Shown piece after piece: positions 17,332 through 26,483 of a DNA stretch of 32,313 nt. A model generated the notes under the pieces. The model ran no database searches and was not told the origin of the DNA. It saw only the letters and a list, made by a program, of their open reading frames with translations. Location: assembly GCA_031364845.1 (NCBI GenBank), contig JANLWX010000070.1, forward strand, positions 1-32,313. The letters run 5' to 3'. The first letter of the stretch is position 1. The number at the start of each line of letters is the position of its first letter. Source of the DNA: Candidatus Eiseniibacteriota bacterium. GTDB lineage: Bacteria > Eisenbacteria > RBG-16-71-46. The translations under genes were made by a program, and so were the position numbers.

Positions 17332-18117
17332 ATGAAATATCTCGTCGCATTCATCGCCGCCGCGGCGTTCACCGTCACGGCCCTACCGTCCGCCGCCGAA
17401 GTGAAGACCCGCGAGGTCGAATACCAGCAGGACAGCACCGCGCTTCAAGGTTTCATGGCGTGGGACGACGCCGTGAAGACGAAGCGTCCCGGCGTGCTCG
17501 TCGTTCACGAGTGGTGGGGGCACAACGCGTATGCGCGCCAGCGGGCCGAGCAGCTCGCGAAGGCGGGCTACGTCGCGTTCGCGCTCGACATGTACGGCAA
17601 GGGCAAGGTCACGACGCATCCCGCGGACGCGCAGGCGTTCGTGGCCGACGCGACGAAGGATGTGGCGGTCGTCACGGCGAGGTTTCAGGCGGCGCTCGAT
17701 CAGCTGAAGCAGGATCCGCACGTGAATCCCGACAAGATCGCGGCGATCGGTTATTGCTTCGGCGGCGCGATCGCGCTCGCCATGGCGCGTTCGGGTGCCG
17801 ATCTCGATGCGGTCGCGACGTTCCATGGCGCGCTGGCCACTGAGCACCCGGCAGAGAAGGGCAAGGTGCGCGCGCGGTTGCTGGTCATGACCGGGCTCGC
17901 GGATTCATTCGTTTCGCCCGAGCAGGTCGCGGCGTTCGATGCCGAAATGAAGGCCGCTGGTGCCAACTACCGGATCATCCGCTATCCCGGAGCCAGGCAC
18001 AGCTTCACGAATCCCGACGCCGCGAGCTACGGCATGGAGGCGCTGGCTTACAACGCGAACGCCGACAAACAGTCGTGGGCGGCGATGCTCAAGATGTTCA
18101 AGCAGGCGTTGAAGTAG
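17332..18117 (+). CDS. Dienelactone hydrolase family protein (exported)
   Basis: AAGGAG RBS, signal peptide, HEWWG, nucleophile motif GYCFGG, YPGARHSFTNP. Confidence 0.93.
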   Translation: MKYLVAFIAAAAFTVTALPSAAEVKTREVEYQQDSTALQGFMAWDDAVKTKRPGVLVVHEWWGHNAYARQRAEQLAKAGYVAFALDMYGKGKVTTHPADAQAFVADATKDVAVVTARFQAALDQLKQDPHVNPDKIAAIGYCFGGAIALAMARSGADLDAVATFHGALATEHPAEKGKVRARLLVMTGLADSFVSPEQVAAFDAEMKAAGANYRIIRYPGARHSFTNPDAASYGMEALAYNANADKQSWAAMLKMFKQALK

Positions 18118-18954
18118 CTAGTTCAAGCTCGCCATCAACTGCTTCAACGCCGTCATGTGCCGCTCGATCGTCGCGCGGTCGCGCGCGGTGGGCAGGCCCT
18201 CGAGGTACTGCTCGAGGCAGGTGAGTGCGGCCGAGTAGCGTCCGAGCCGGTACAGCAGCAGTCCGCGGTCGCGCACTTCCTCGATGTCGTCGGGCTGGAG
18301 CACGAGCAGCTTGTCGACCGCGGTCAGTGCCAGGTCGTCGCTGCCGGCGCGCAGGTAGGCGCCCTTCAAGTTCGTCAGCAGGCGCGTGAGCATCGCGCGC
18401 TTGCCGACCGAGACCAGCAGCTGCGGCTCGAACTCGAGCTTGCCGTTGGTCGCTTCGAGCAGCATCTGCTTGCAGTCGCGCTCGTCCACGGACATGCCGC
18501 GGCGGAACGGGTCCAACAGCAGATCCGCCTCCTCGCCGGTGAGCCGCACGAGGAAGTGTCCGGGGAAGCCCACACCTTCGAACGGGATGCCGATGCGCCA
18601 TCCGAGTTCGAGCATGACGATGCCGAGCGTGAGCGGAACTCCGCGGCGGCGCTTCAGCACTTCGTGGAACAGGGAGTTGCTCGGGCTATAGTAGTCGAGG
18701 CGGTCGCCGCGAAATCCCAGCTCCTCGAACACGAACGCGCGCAGTCGCGCGAGTTTCTGCAAGTTGTTCCAGCCGGGCTCGAGCCGGCCGCGCAGTTCGG
18801 CAGCCCACGAATCGAGCTGATGCATTTCACCGTCGACATCCACGTTGGGGTCGGACTCAGCGGCGACCAGGAGTGCGGCGCGCGCGAGATCGATCGCGGG
18901 CTCGGGCTGTTGCACGAGCCGGACGAAGTCGGAACGATGATCGGAGTCGGACAT
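18118..18954 (-). CDS. SirB1/YchA-like transglutaminase-like core protein with C-terminal TPR
   Basis: FRGDRLDYYSPSNS..VL..RRGVPLTL, GVGFPGHFLVR, LDPF, RLLTNLK..Y, RDRGLL; ATG at 18954 with AGGGGA upstream. Confidence 0.9.
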   Translation of the reverse strand: MSDSDHRSDFVRLVQQPEPAIDLARAALLVAAESDPNVDVDGEMHQLDSWAAELRGRLEPGWNNLQKLARLRAFVFEELGFRGDRLDYYSPSNSLFHEVLKRRRGVPLTLGIVMLELGWRIGIPFEGVGFPGHFLVRLTGEEADLLLDPFRRGMSVDERDCKQMLLEATNGKLEFEPQLLVSVGKRAMLTRLLTNLKGAYLRAGSDDLALTAVDKLLVLQPDDIEEVRDRGLLLYRLGRYSAALTCLEQYLEGLPTARDRATIERHMTALKQLMASLN

Positions 18955-20051
18955 TGAGTCGATCCCCTGCACCCACTTCGATTGCCGCCCCCGATGGGGT
19001 CGCGGCGTTGCAGCGGCGGTTGCTCGGCTGGTATCGGCGAAACCGCAGGGACCTTCCATGGCGCAATACCCGGGACCCGTATCGCATCTGGGTGTCTGAG
19101 GTGATGCTGCAACAGACTCAGGTCGCGACGGCGCTGCCATTCTATCAGAGCTTCATCGAGCGCTTTCCGACCGTCGGGCATCTCGCCGCCGCTCCCGAGG
19201 CGGAGGTGCTCGAGGCGTGGTCGGGGCTCGGCTACTACCGGCGCGCCCGCCATCTTCACGAGGCCGCGCGCACCGTGGTGCGCGAACACGACGGAACGGT
19301 CCCCGGTGATGAAGCCGGCTTCGGAACCCTGCCCGGCGTCGGCCGCTACACGCGCGGCGCGGTGCTCTCCATCGCTTTCGGCACCGCACTCCCGGTGCTT
19401 GATGGAAACGTCGCCCGCGTGTTCGCGCGCTGGTTCGCCAAACCGTGGTCGGTGCGCGATCCGCGCGGCGCACGCGCGTTGTGGGAGCTGGCGGCGATGC
19501 TGGTGCCGCGCCGCAACGCTGGCGACTGGAATCAGGCGCTGATGGAGTTGGGAGCCACGGTGTGCACGCCGCGCCGGCCGCACTGCGAAGCGTGCCCGAT
19601 GCGCGCGAGTTGTGCCGCGTACGCGCAGGGCACGGTGGAGCGCTATCCGCCGGTCGCGAAGCGCGCCGCGACCGTTGTGGTGAGGCGCGCGGTCGTGATG
19701 TGCGAGAAGGACGGCCGCTGGCTGCTCGCGCGGCGAGCGGGGCGGTTGCTCGATGGCATGTGGGAGCCGCCCGGCGTCGAGCTTGGCTCCGTGCCCGCAC
19801 GCGCGGCTCTGCGCGCGCAGCTTCGAATACTCGGCGTCAGGTGCACGCTGTCGCCGACCGCCCATCGCGTGAAACATCGCATCACGCACCATGCGATCGA
19901 GGTCGAAGTGTGGCGCGGCACGGTCTCGTCGCCGCCGGAGTTGGGTCCGGCTTTGCGCTGGGTGGATGCGCATGCGCACGATGTTCCGCTCACCGGGCTC
20001 ACGCGCCGGCTGGTACGGCTGCTCGGCGACGGGCACCGGCGCGCGGGGTAG
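18954..20051 (+). CDS. mutY: A/G-specific adenine DNA glycosylase
   Basis: RRDLPWR..DPYRIWVSEVMLQQTQV, WSGLGYYRRAR, HhH LPGVGRYT, LDGNVARV, Fe-S motif CTPRRPHCEACPMRASC, and a NUDIX-like tail. Start uncertain (TTG 18954 or TTG 19008). Confidence 0.95.
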   Translation: MSRSPAPTSIAAPDGVAALQRRLLGWYRRNRRDLPWRNTRDPYRIWVSEVMLQQTQVATALPFYQSFIERFPTVGHLAAAPEAEVLEAWSGLGYYRRARHLHEAARTVVREHDGTVPGDEAGFGTLPGVGRYTRGAVLSIAFGTALPVLDGNVARVFARWFAKPWSVRDPRGARALWELAAMLVPRRNAGDWNQALMELGATVCTPRRPHCEACPMRASCAAYAQGTVERYPPVAKRAATVVVRRAVVMCEKDGRWLLARRAGRLLDGMWEPPGVELGSVPARAALRAQLRILGVRCTLSPTAHRVKHRITHHAIEVEVWRGTVSSPPELGPALRWVDAHAHDVPLTGLTRRLVRLLGDGHRRAG

Positions 20052-20068
20052 CGTAGACTGCGCGCCCT

Positions 20069-21292
20069 ATGACCCCGGACTCCGGTGTGGCGGCCCCGGG
20101 CCGCGTGGTGGTGACGGACGGCGAATTCAAGCACACGCTGGGCATCGTGCGCGCGCTCGCCGCGAGCGGGCACGAAGTGCACGTGATCGCGCAGTCGTCG
20201 CGCGCGCCCTCGGTGCACTCGAAGTTCGTGCGCGCATGGCACGCGTCTCCGGCACCGTCCGCCCCGGCGTATGACGCGCGTCTGATCGAGCTCGCCACCG
20301 CGCTCGCGCCGGTGAGCGTGGTCGCGGTCGGCAACGGCTCGGTCGCCGCCGCCGATCGCCTGCGCGAGCGATGGCCTGCCGGCGTCCGCTGTGCGCTTCC
20401 GCCGCGTGAGGCGTTCGCGATTGCCAACGACAAGACGCGCACCGGCGAGATCGCGCGCTCCTCCGGTGTGCGCACGCCGCACGAGCGCGTGGTCGCCGAC
20501 GAAGCCGCCGCGCGGGCGGCGCTTGCGGAGTTCGGCGCGCCGCTCGTGCTCAAGTCGGCGCGCGAAGAGGGACGCAAGGTCGTACGCTACGTACGAACGA
20601 CCGCCGAGCTTGCCGAGGCGTTCCAAGACGTCCGCACTCGCTCATCGGCGGGCGTGCTCGCGCAGGAGTACATTGCGGGCGACGGCTGGGGATTCTCGGC
20701 GCTCTACTGGAACGGCCGGCGCGTGCGGCACTTCATGCACCGCCGCGTGCGCGAGTGGCCGCCGAGCGGCGGTGCCAGCGCATGTGCCGAGAGCGTGCCC
20801 GAGTTTCCCGAGCTGGAGCGGGCGGGGACGAAACTGCTGGATGCGCTCCAGTGGCATGGCGTGGCGATGGTCGAGTTCAAGGGGGGTGCGAAGGGAGGCG
20901 TGACCGCGCGTAATGGAGACTGGCGGGGAGCCGCCCTGACACCCGCACCGCTCGTGCTCATGGAGATCAACGCGAAGTTCTGGGGCTCGCACGATGCGGC
21001 ACTGGCCGCGGGCGTGAACTTTCCCGCCGACCTGGTCGCGCTGCTCGAAGGCCACTCGCTTGCACCACAGACGCCGTATCCCGCGCGGCGGATTTCGTGG
21101 CCGCTCGGCGGCGATCTGTGGCATGGGTTGTACCGGCCGAGCGCATTGATTCCGGTGTTGCGCGATGCGCTGTCGCCCGCGGTCGCGCACACGTGGCGCG
21201 CGGACGATCTCGGTCCGACCTGGCGCGAGTTGCTGCAATGGGCGCGTTCGGCGCCCGGCGCGTGGCGCGAATTCACGAGCACGCGCCAATGA
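20069..21292 (+). CDS. ATP-grasp (carboxylate-amine ligase-like) protein
   Basis: ANDK..T, PLVLK, LAQEYIAG, WHGVAMVEFK, LMEINAKFWGS, AGVNFP; the type found in surface polysaccharide clusters. Confidence 0.88.
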   Translation: MTPDSGVAAPGRVVVTDGEFKHTLGIVRALAASGHEVHVIAQSSRAPSVHSKFVRAWHASPAPSAPAYDARLIELATALAPVSVVAVGNGSVAAADRLRERWPAGVRCALPPREAFAIANDKTRTGEIARSSGVRTPHERVVADEAAARAALAEFGAPLVLKSAREEGRKVVRYVRTTAELAEAFQDVRTRSSAGVLAQEYIAGDGWGFSALYWNGRRVRHFMHRRVREWPPSGGASACAESVPEFPELERAGTKLLDALQWHGVAMVEFKGGAKGGVTARNGDWRGAALTPAPLVLMEINAKFWGSHDAALAAGVNFPADLVALLEGHSLAPQTPYPARRISWPLGGDLWHGLYRPSALIPVLRDALSPAVAHTWRADDLGPTWRELLQWARSAPGAWREFTSTRQ

Positions 21293-22005
21293 CCTGGACG
21301 TTCGTTCAGCACGCGCACACGCGTCATTCGTTCGACTCGCTCGCCGACCCCGCCGCACTCGTGCGACGCGCACAGCAGGCTGGCGTTCATGCGCTCGCGG
21401 TCACTGATCACGACACGTGGGCCGGCGCGATCGATGCGCGGGCCGCCGCCGTCGCGAGCCGCAGCACGGTGCGTGTGATCGTTTCGAGCGAAGTGCGCAC
21501 CGATTGCGGCGACCTGATCGGAATGTTCCTCACCGCCGACGTGCTCGAGCGCGATCCAGTCGCGTTCTGCGACGCGGTGCATGCTCAGGGCGGGCTCGTG
21601 CTGCTGCCGCATCCTTACAAGTGGCACCGCCTCGAAGACGGCATGCTCGCGCGGATCGATCTGGTCGAGATCCACAATGCGCGCTGCAGCGCTGACGAGA
21701 ACGCGCGCGCGCTGCAGTTGGCGCACGAGCGCGGATTACCCGCGTTGGTCGGACCCGACGCGCATCGCGTGGGCGAACTGTTGCTCGCGCGCAATGTGTT
21801 CGAAGGCGAAGCCCCGGCCGACGACGCCGGGCTCAAGCACGCGCTGCTGCACGCGCCGCGGCGGTTCCATCTCGAGGTGCCTTCGATCTGGAACGAGTGG
21901 CTGAGCCAGGCGGTGAAATTCTCGCGCCGGCCTAGTATCTCGCTCGGCATCGGCCTCGCTCGTGGCGCCGCGCGACGCATCCTCATGCCCTCGGAATATC
22001 GCTAG
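21289..22005 (+). CDS. PHP-domain metal-dependent phosphoesterase
   Basis: ATGA overlap with the upstream stop; HAHTRHSFDS, VTDHD, SSEV, PHPY, EIHN, GPDAH. Confidence 0.9.
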   Translation: MTWTFVQHAHTRHSFDSLADPAALVRRAQQAGVHALAVTDHDTWAGAIDARAAAVASRSTVRVIVSSEVRTDCGDLIGMFLTADVLERDPVAFCDAVHAQGGLVLLPHPYKWHRLEDGMLARIDLVEIHNARCSADENARALQLAHERGLPALVGPDAHRVGELLLARNVFEGEAPADDAGLKHALLHAPRRFHLEVPSIWNEWLSQAVKFSRRPSISLGIGLARGAARRILMPSEYR

Positions 22006-23174
22006 TGGTCCGGCACGAAGCACCTGCCACGATAGCGCAGGTGCGCCATCCCGTGCTGTCCGAGCCGCTGCCTCCGGGTGTTTCGGTCTCGCCGCTCCAC
22101 CACGGCCGCCCGCTGCGCGTGCTGCACGGCGTCTACGAACTCGCGGGACAGGGCATGATGCTCGCGCGCGCCCTGCGCGAGGCGGGCTGTGACGCGCGCG
22201 CGCTGTCGTATCAGGTGGCGTGGGACGCGCGGGTCAGCGACATCGTGGTCGATCTCGATCGCCATGCGACCACGTTCGGCAAAGGCGTGGCGATGAGCAC
22301 GGCGTTCGCGAAATGGGCAGGCGCGTTCGACGTGTTCCACTTCCACTTCGGAACCTCGTTCCTTCCGCGCCGGATCGACATTCCTCTGTTGAAGGCGATG
22401 GGAAAGAAGATCGTGTTCCACTTCCACGGGTGTGAGGTTCGCAATCGTGCGCACATGCTCGCGACCCACCGTCTCGCGACGTGCACCGAGTGCGATCCGT
22501 TCTGCCGCCCGCCGCATCAGGCGCGTATCCTCGCCGATCAGCAGGCGCACGCCGATCTCACGTTCTACTCGACGCTCGATCTCGCCGATTCGGTGCCCAA
22601 CGCGAAGAACCTGCCGCTCGCGATCGAGGCCGGACGCTGGGAAGCCGCATCGCGCGCGCACCCGCTTCCGGACCCCGATCGCCGCGACGGCGTCCGCAGT
22701 CCGGTCGTGATCGCGCACGCGCCGACCAACCAGCTCATCAAGGGCACGCCGCACGTGATCGCGGCCATCGAGCGCCTGAAGGCCGAGTTCCCGCGCGTCG
22801 AGCTGCGCATGATCGAACGTCAGCCGTGGGCCGAGATGCCCGCGTTCCTCGCGGGCTGCGACATCCTCGTCGATCAGCTGATGATGGGCTGGTACGGATT
22901 GCTCTCGATCGAAGGCATGGCGGAGGGTAAGGCGGTCGTCACGTATCTGCGCGACGAGTTCGCGGTGCTGCGTCCCGAACTGCCGGTCGTGAGCGCCGAA
23001 CCGCTCACACTCTACGACGTGCTGCGCGATCTGATCCGCGATCCCGCCCGGCGTGCGGCGCTCGGCGCACGCGGGCCGGCATACGTGCGGCGCTATCACG
23101 ACACCGGCGTGGTCGGTCCGCAGTTGCTGGCGGAATACCGCAGCATCCCGGGCCTCGAGGAATCGCCCGCATGA
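22005..23174 (+). CDS. Glycosyltransferase (GT-B, GT4-like)
   Basis: FDVFHFHF, IVFHFHGCEVR, IAHAPT..IKGT, CDILVDQLMMGWYGLLSIEGMAEGKAVV; the true start may lie further in. Confidence 0.85.
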   Translation: MVRHEAPATIAQVRHPVLSEPLPPGVSVSPLHHGRPLRVLHGVYELAGQGMMLARALREAGCDARALSYQVAWDARVSDIVVDLDRHATTFGKGVAMSTAFAKWAGAFDVFHFHFGTSFLPRRIDIPLLKAMGKKIVFHFHGCEVRNRAHMLATHRLATCTECDPFCRPPHQARILADQQAHADLTFYSTLDLADSVPNAKNLPLAIEAGRWEAASRAHPLPDPDRRDGVRSPVVIAHAPTNQLIKGTPHVIAAIERLKAEFPRVELRMIERQPWAEMPAFLAGCDILVDQLMMGWYGLLSIEGMAEGKAVVTYLRDEFAVLRPELPVVSAEPLTLYDVLRDLIRDPARRAALGARGPAYVRRYHDTGVVGPQLLAEYRSIPGLEESPA

Positions 23175-24673
23175 GCGTGTGCTTCGTGTTCGACCCGCTC
23201 GCTTGGGATCACCCGCTCGCGCGCTGGACGGTCGAGACACTCGCCGGCGTATTGGAAGTGCGCTGGCGCTCGGTGCATCTCGGCGAGCGCGTGGCGGACG
23301 ACGAAGCGCCGGTGTTCGTTGGACCGATCGACGCGGCGCCCGCCGAAGCCGCAGCCGTGATCGGCTTCGAGCTGTGGCCGCGATGGGATCCGGACCAGCT
23401 CATGCTCGCGGAGATCGCGGGGGTGAGGCTGCCGTGCCCGCGCGGGGTGCTGTCGCGTCCGGCGGTCGTCGTTTCGGCAAACGATTCCGATGCCGCCCCA
23501 CGCGTCTTTCCCGTCGAGTGGCTGCGCGCGATCGGGTTCATGCTGGCGCGCGAGGAGGAGTTCCTCAACGACCGGCGCGACCAGTGGCAGTGCTTCAAGG
23601 GCACCTACTCGCGCCTCCACGAGCTCGGAGTTCTCGATCAGCCGCTCGTCAATCAGTGCGCGCGCCAACTCGAACGCCGCATAGAGTCGTGGCACTCCGC
23701 GCGCGGTCGCGCTCCGGAGCGCAACGAGCGCTGGAAGAACGGCGCGCGGTTCGCCGTGGCGCTCACGCACGATGTCGACGACGTCGCGCTCTACTCGCTG
23801 CGTGGAGCACTGCGGCTGATCGGTCGCGCGCGGCATCCAGCCTCGTACGCGGTGCGCGGCGGGCTCACCGCGGTCGCGCGTGCACTGGGCCGCGGCGGGC
23901 AACGGGATCCGTACGACCAGTTCGATCGCTGGGTCACCGAAGAAGAGCGTCACGGCTTCCGATCGTCGTTCTACTTCGTGCCGCCCGATCCGTCTGAGGC
24001 TCACGAATACGATCCGACCTACGGCTTCGGCGACCCGGTGATGTTCGAGGGCCGCCGCACCAACGTGAAGAGCATGATGCGCCGCATGTCGCAACGCGGA
24101 TTCGATGTCGGACTCCACGGCAGCTACCTGAGCCATCGCGATGGCGACGAGTTGGCGCGCCAGAAGCGTTCGATCGAAGCCTGCACCGGCCATCCGGTCG
24201 CGGGCAATCGCCAGCACTTCCTGCGATTCGACATTCGCGAAACCTGGACGGCGCAGGAGCGCGCGGGCTTCGGTTACGACACCACGCTCGGCTACAACGA
24301 GGAAGTCGGATTCCGCGCGGGGATCGCCGCGCCGTTCCGTCCGTGGGATCCGGAGCGCCGCGCCGCGCGAGCATTGATCGAAGTGCCGCTCTCCGTGATG
24401 GACGGCGCGCTGTTCCGCAGTCTCGAACTCGACGCGCCGCGCGCGATCGCGCGCGTGCGCGAGCATCTCGAGCACGTCGAGCAGGTCGGCGGGCTCGCGG
24501 TGCTGCTGTGGCATCCGAACGCGGCGGCCGAAGAACTGCATCCGGGCTGGTGGGCGTGCTATGCCGCCACACTCGAGTGGCTCGCGGCACGCGGCGCGTG
24601 GGTGACGGGCGCGGCCGGGATCGCTGCGTGGTGGACGGAGCGCGAAGTGCGCCAGCGCGGGAGCGCGCGATGA
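23171..24673 (+). CDS. Polysaccharide deacetylase-like protein with N-terminal extension
   Basis: ATGA overlap; LTHDVD, VGLHGSY, RQHFLRF, YDTTLGY, GFRAG, PLSVMD, LWHP. Confidence 0.87.
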   Translation: MSVCFVFDPLAWDHPLARWTVETLAGVLEVRWRSVHLGERVADDEAPVFVGPIDAAPAEAAAVIGFELWPRWDPDQLMLAEIAGVRLPCPRGVLSRPAVVVSANDSDAAPRVFPVEWLRAIGFMLAREEEFLNDRRDQWQCFKGTYSRLHELGVLDQPLVNQCARQLERRIESWHSARGRAPERNERWKNGARFAVALTHDVDDVALYSLRGALRLIGRARHPASYAVRGGLTAVARALGRGGQRDPYDQFDRWVTEEERHGFRSSFYFVPPDPSEAHEYDPTYGFGDPVMFEGRRTNVKSMMRRMSQRGFDVGLHGSYLSHRDGDELARQKRSIEACTGHPVAGNRQHFLRFDIRETWTAQERAGFGYDTTLGYNEEVGFRAGIAAPFRPWDPERRAARALIEVPLSVMDGALFRSLELDAPRAIARVREHLEHVEQVGGLAVLLWHPNAAAEELHPGWWACYAATLEWLAARGAWVTGAAGIAAWWTEREVRQRGSAR

Positions 24674-24677
24674 CGCG

Positions 24678-24728
24678 TGGCGTCACGCGGACCGCGTCCG
24701 CCCGCCCCCGATCGCGGCCCTTCGTCCT
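24678..24728 (+). promoter_or_regulatory. Possible degenerate LytTR-type boxes upstream of the serine hydrolase
   Basis: TGGCGTCAC (24678), GCCCGCCCC (24700), CTTCGTCCT (24720, +42); CGTCACGCGGAC is identical to 15286-15297. Confidence 0.3.
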
Positions 24729-24811
24729 TCATCGCTCCTTCACACGCACCGCGTAGCTTCCGTCGCGACGTGTTCCGCGATCATCGACCGACTCCCAGGA
24801 GGATCTCCGTG

Positions 24812-26302
24812 ATGCGACGCTTCATCCATGCCGCGCTGCTGGTGGCGGTTGCCACCTTGTTGTTCCCGGCGACTCGCGCGAGTGCCGCCGGCATCGAGTA
24901 TCCGGCCACGGCTCCCGGCGGACACGCTCGCGACTACTTCGCTGCGTTCAACTCCGGCGAGCCGGCGATGCGCGCGTTCTGGGCCGCGCACGGTTCCAAG
25001 GAGGCGCTGGCGCGGCGTCCCGTGGAACTGCGCCTCGATGTGTGGCAGCAGATGCGTGACGAACATGGCGCGATCACGCCGCTGAGCGTGAAAGTGAGCC
25101 GCGCGGATTTCATCGAGGTCGTCGCGCGTACCGAGCGCAGCGGCAACCTCCTGATCGGGTTCATGTGCGAGCCGGAAGCCCCTCATGGGCTCGTCGCGCT
25201 GCGTGTGGAACCGGCCGACGCGGATCCCAACGCGGGTGCGGCACCGCCGGTTCGCAGAGAACCCGAAGTCGCCGACAACGCTCCGCCGCCCACGGACGAG
25301 CAGATCGTCGTGGCACTTGCGGCTGAACTCGACTCGCTGGCGAAGTCCGGAGCGTTCTCGGGGGCCGTCGTGCTCGACAAGGGCGGCAAGACGCTGTTCG
25401 AGCACGCCTACGGCATGGCTTCGCGCAAGGCAAAGATCCCGAACCGGCTCGACACACGCTTCAATCTCGCCTCGATCAACAAGATCTTCACCCACCTGGC
25501 AATCATGCAGTTGGCGCAGCAGGGCAAGCTCGGCCTCGATCACACGATCGACCGCTACCTGAAAGACTATCCGGCTGCGAGTGCGAAGAAGATCACGATC
25601 CAGATGTTGCTCGACCACAAGGCGGGCGTTCCCGACGTCTTCAGCCACGCGGACATCCAGGAGCGCGCCTCCACTCTGCGAACGGTCGCCGACTGGTACG
25701 CGATGGTGCGCGACCTTCCGCTGCGCTTCGAGCCGGGCACGAAGCAGGCGTATTCGAACGGCGGCTTCGTTCTGCTCGGCGCGATCATCGAGAAGGCGTC
25801 GGGCGAGGACTACTACGAGTACGTGCGCGCTCACATTTATGGGCCCGCGGGCATGACGAGCACCGACCACTACGCGGCGGAAGAGATCGGTGAGGGCTTC
25901 GCGACCGGTTACATGGGCCGTGGCCGCGCATCGGGTGACACGACCGGCGGCGACGGACGCCGCCCAAATGACGAACATCGGCTCGGACGCGGCAGCCCCG
26001 CGGGCGGCGGATACTCGACGGTCGGCGACCTCGTGCGCTTCGCGCACGCCGTGCGCGCGGGCAAGTTCTTTCCCCCGGGTAAGGCGCCGGCAATGTTCGG
26101 CGAGAAGTTTGGACTCGGGATCGCCGGCGGATCGGAGGGCGTGAACGGTCTGTTCGTTGCTGCGGGTCCCTACACGTTCGTCGTGCTCGCGAATCTCGAT
26201 CCTCCGGCCGCCGAGCGGTTCGGCGAAACGACGGGCCGGATGCTGCGGCGCGCGTCGGGTTCGGGATCGAAGCGCGCGCCGGTCAAGGTCGGGGGGAACT
26301 GA
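24812..26302 (+). CDS. Exported serine hydrolase, beta-lactamase/AmpC-like family, with extra N-terminal domain
   Basis: AGGAGG RBS, signal peptide, FNLASINK (SxxK), LLDHKAG, YSNGGF (YxN), GGGYST..DL; GTG 24809 is an alternative start. Confidence 0.9.
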   Translation: MRRFIHAALLVAVATLLFPATRASAAGIEYPATAPGGHARDYFAAFNSGEPAMRAFWAAHGSKEALARRPVELRLDVWQQMRDEHGAITPLSVKVSRADFIEVVARTERSGNLLIGFMCEPEAPHGLVALRVEPADADPNAGAAPPVRREPEVADNAPPPTDEQIVVALAAELDSLAKSGAFSGAVVLDKGGKTLFEHAYGMASRKAKIPNRLDTRFNLASINKIFTHLAIMQLAQQGKLGLDHTIDRYLKDYPAASAKKITIQMLLDHKAGVPDVFSHADIQERASTLRTVADWYAMVRDLPLRFEPGTKQAYSNGGFVLLGAIIEKASGEDYYEYVRAHIYGPAGMTSTDHYAAEEIGEGFATGYMGRGRASGDTTGGDGRRPNDEHRLGRGSPAGGGYSTVGDLVRFAHAVRAGKFFPPGKAPAMFGEKFGLGIAGGSEGVNGLFVAAGPYTFVVLANLDPPAAERFGETTGRMLRRASGSGSKRAPVKVGGN

Positions 26303-26483
26303 GCGAAGCCGCCGTCCGCACGGCCGTCGGGGCGCCGTTCGGTCGCGTGGCGCGCGATCGACGCGGCGGAGAGCGTGCGGGGCGCTCGAATGGAAAGCGC
26401 TGGACCTGGCATCGCGTTGAGCGCAGACTCGACGTGCGCCTCGCAGTCGATGCATTCCCAGTGACGATCTGGAGATTGGTCCC

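Noticed and set aside
20054..20071. TAGACT as a -10 element for a leaderless ATP-grasp transcript
   Set aside because: The 9-nt spacing to the ATG is long, and readthrough from mutY explains expression equally well.
26303..26483. GC-rich intergenic region as an intrinsic terminator
   Set aside because: Only imperfect stems and no U-tract.
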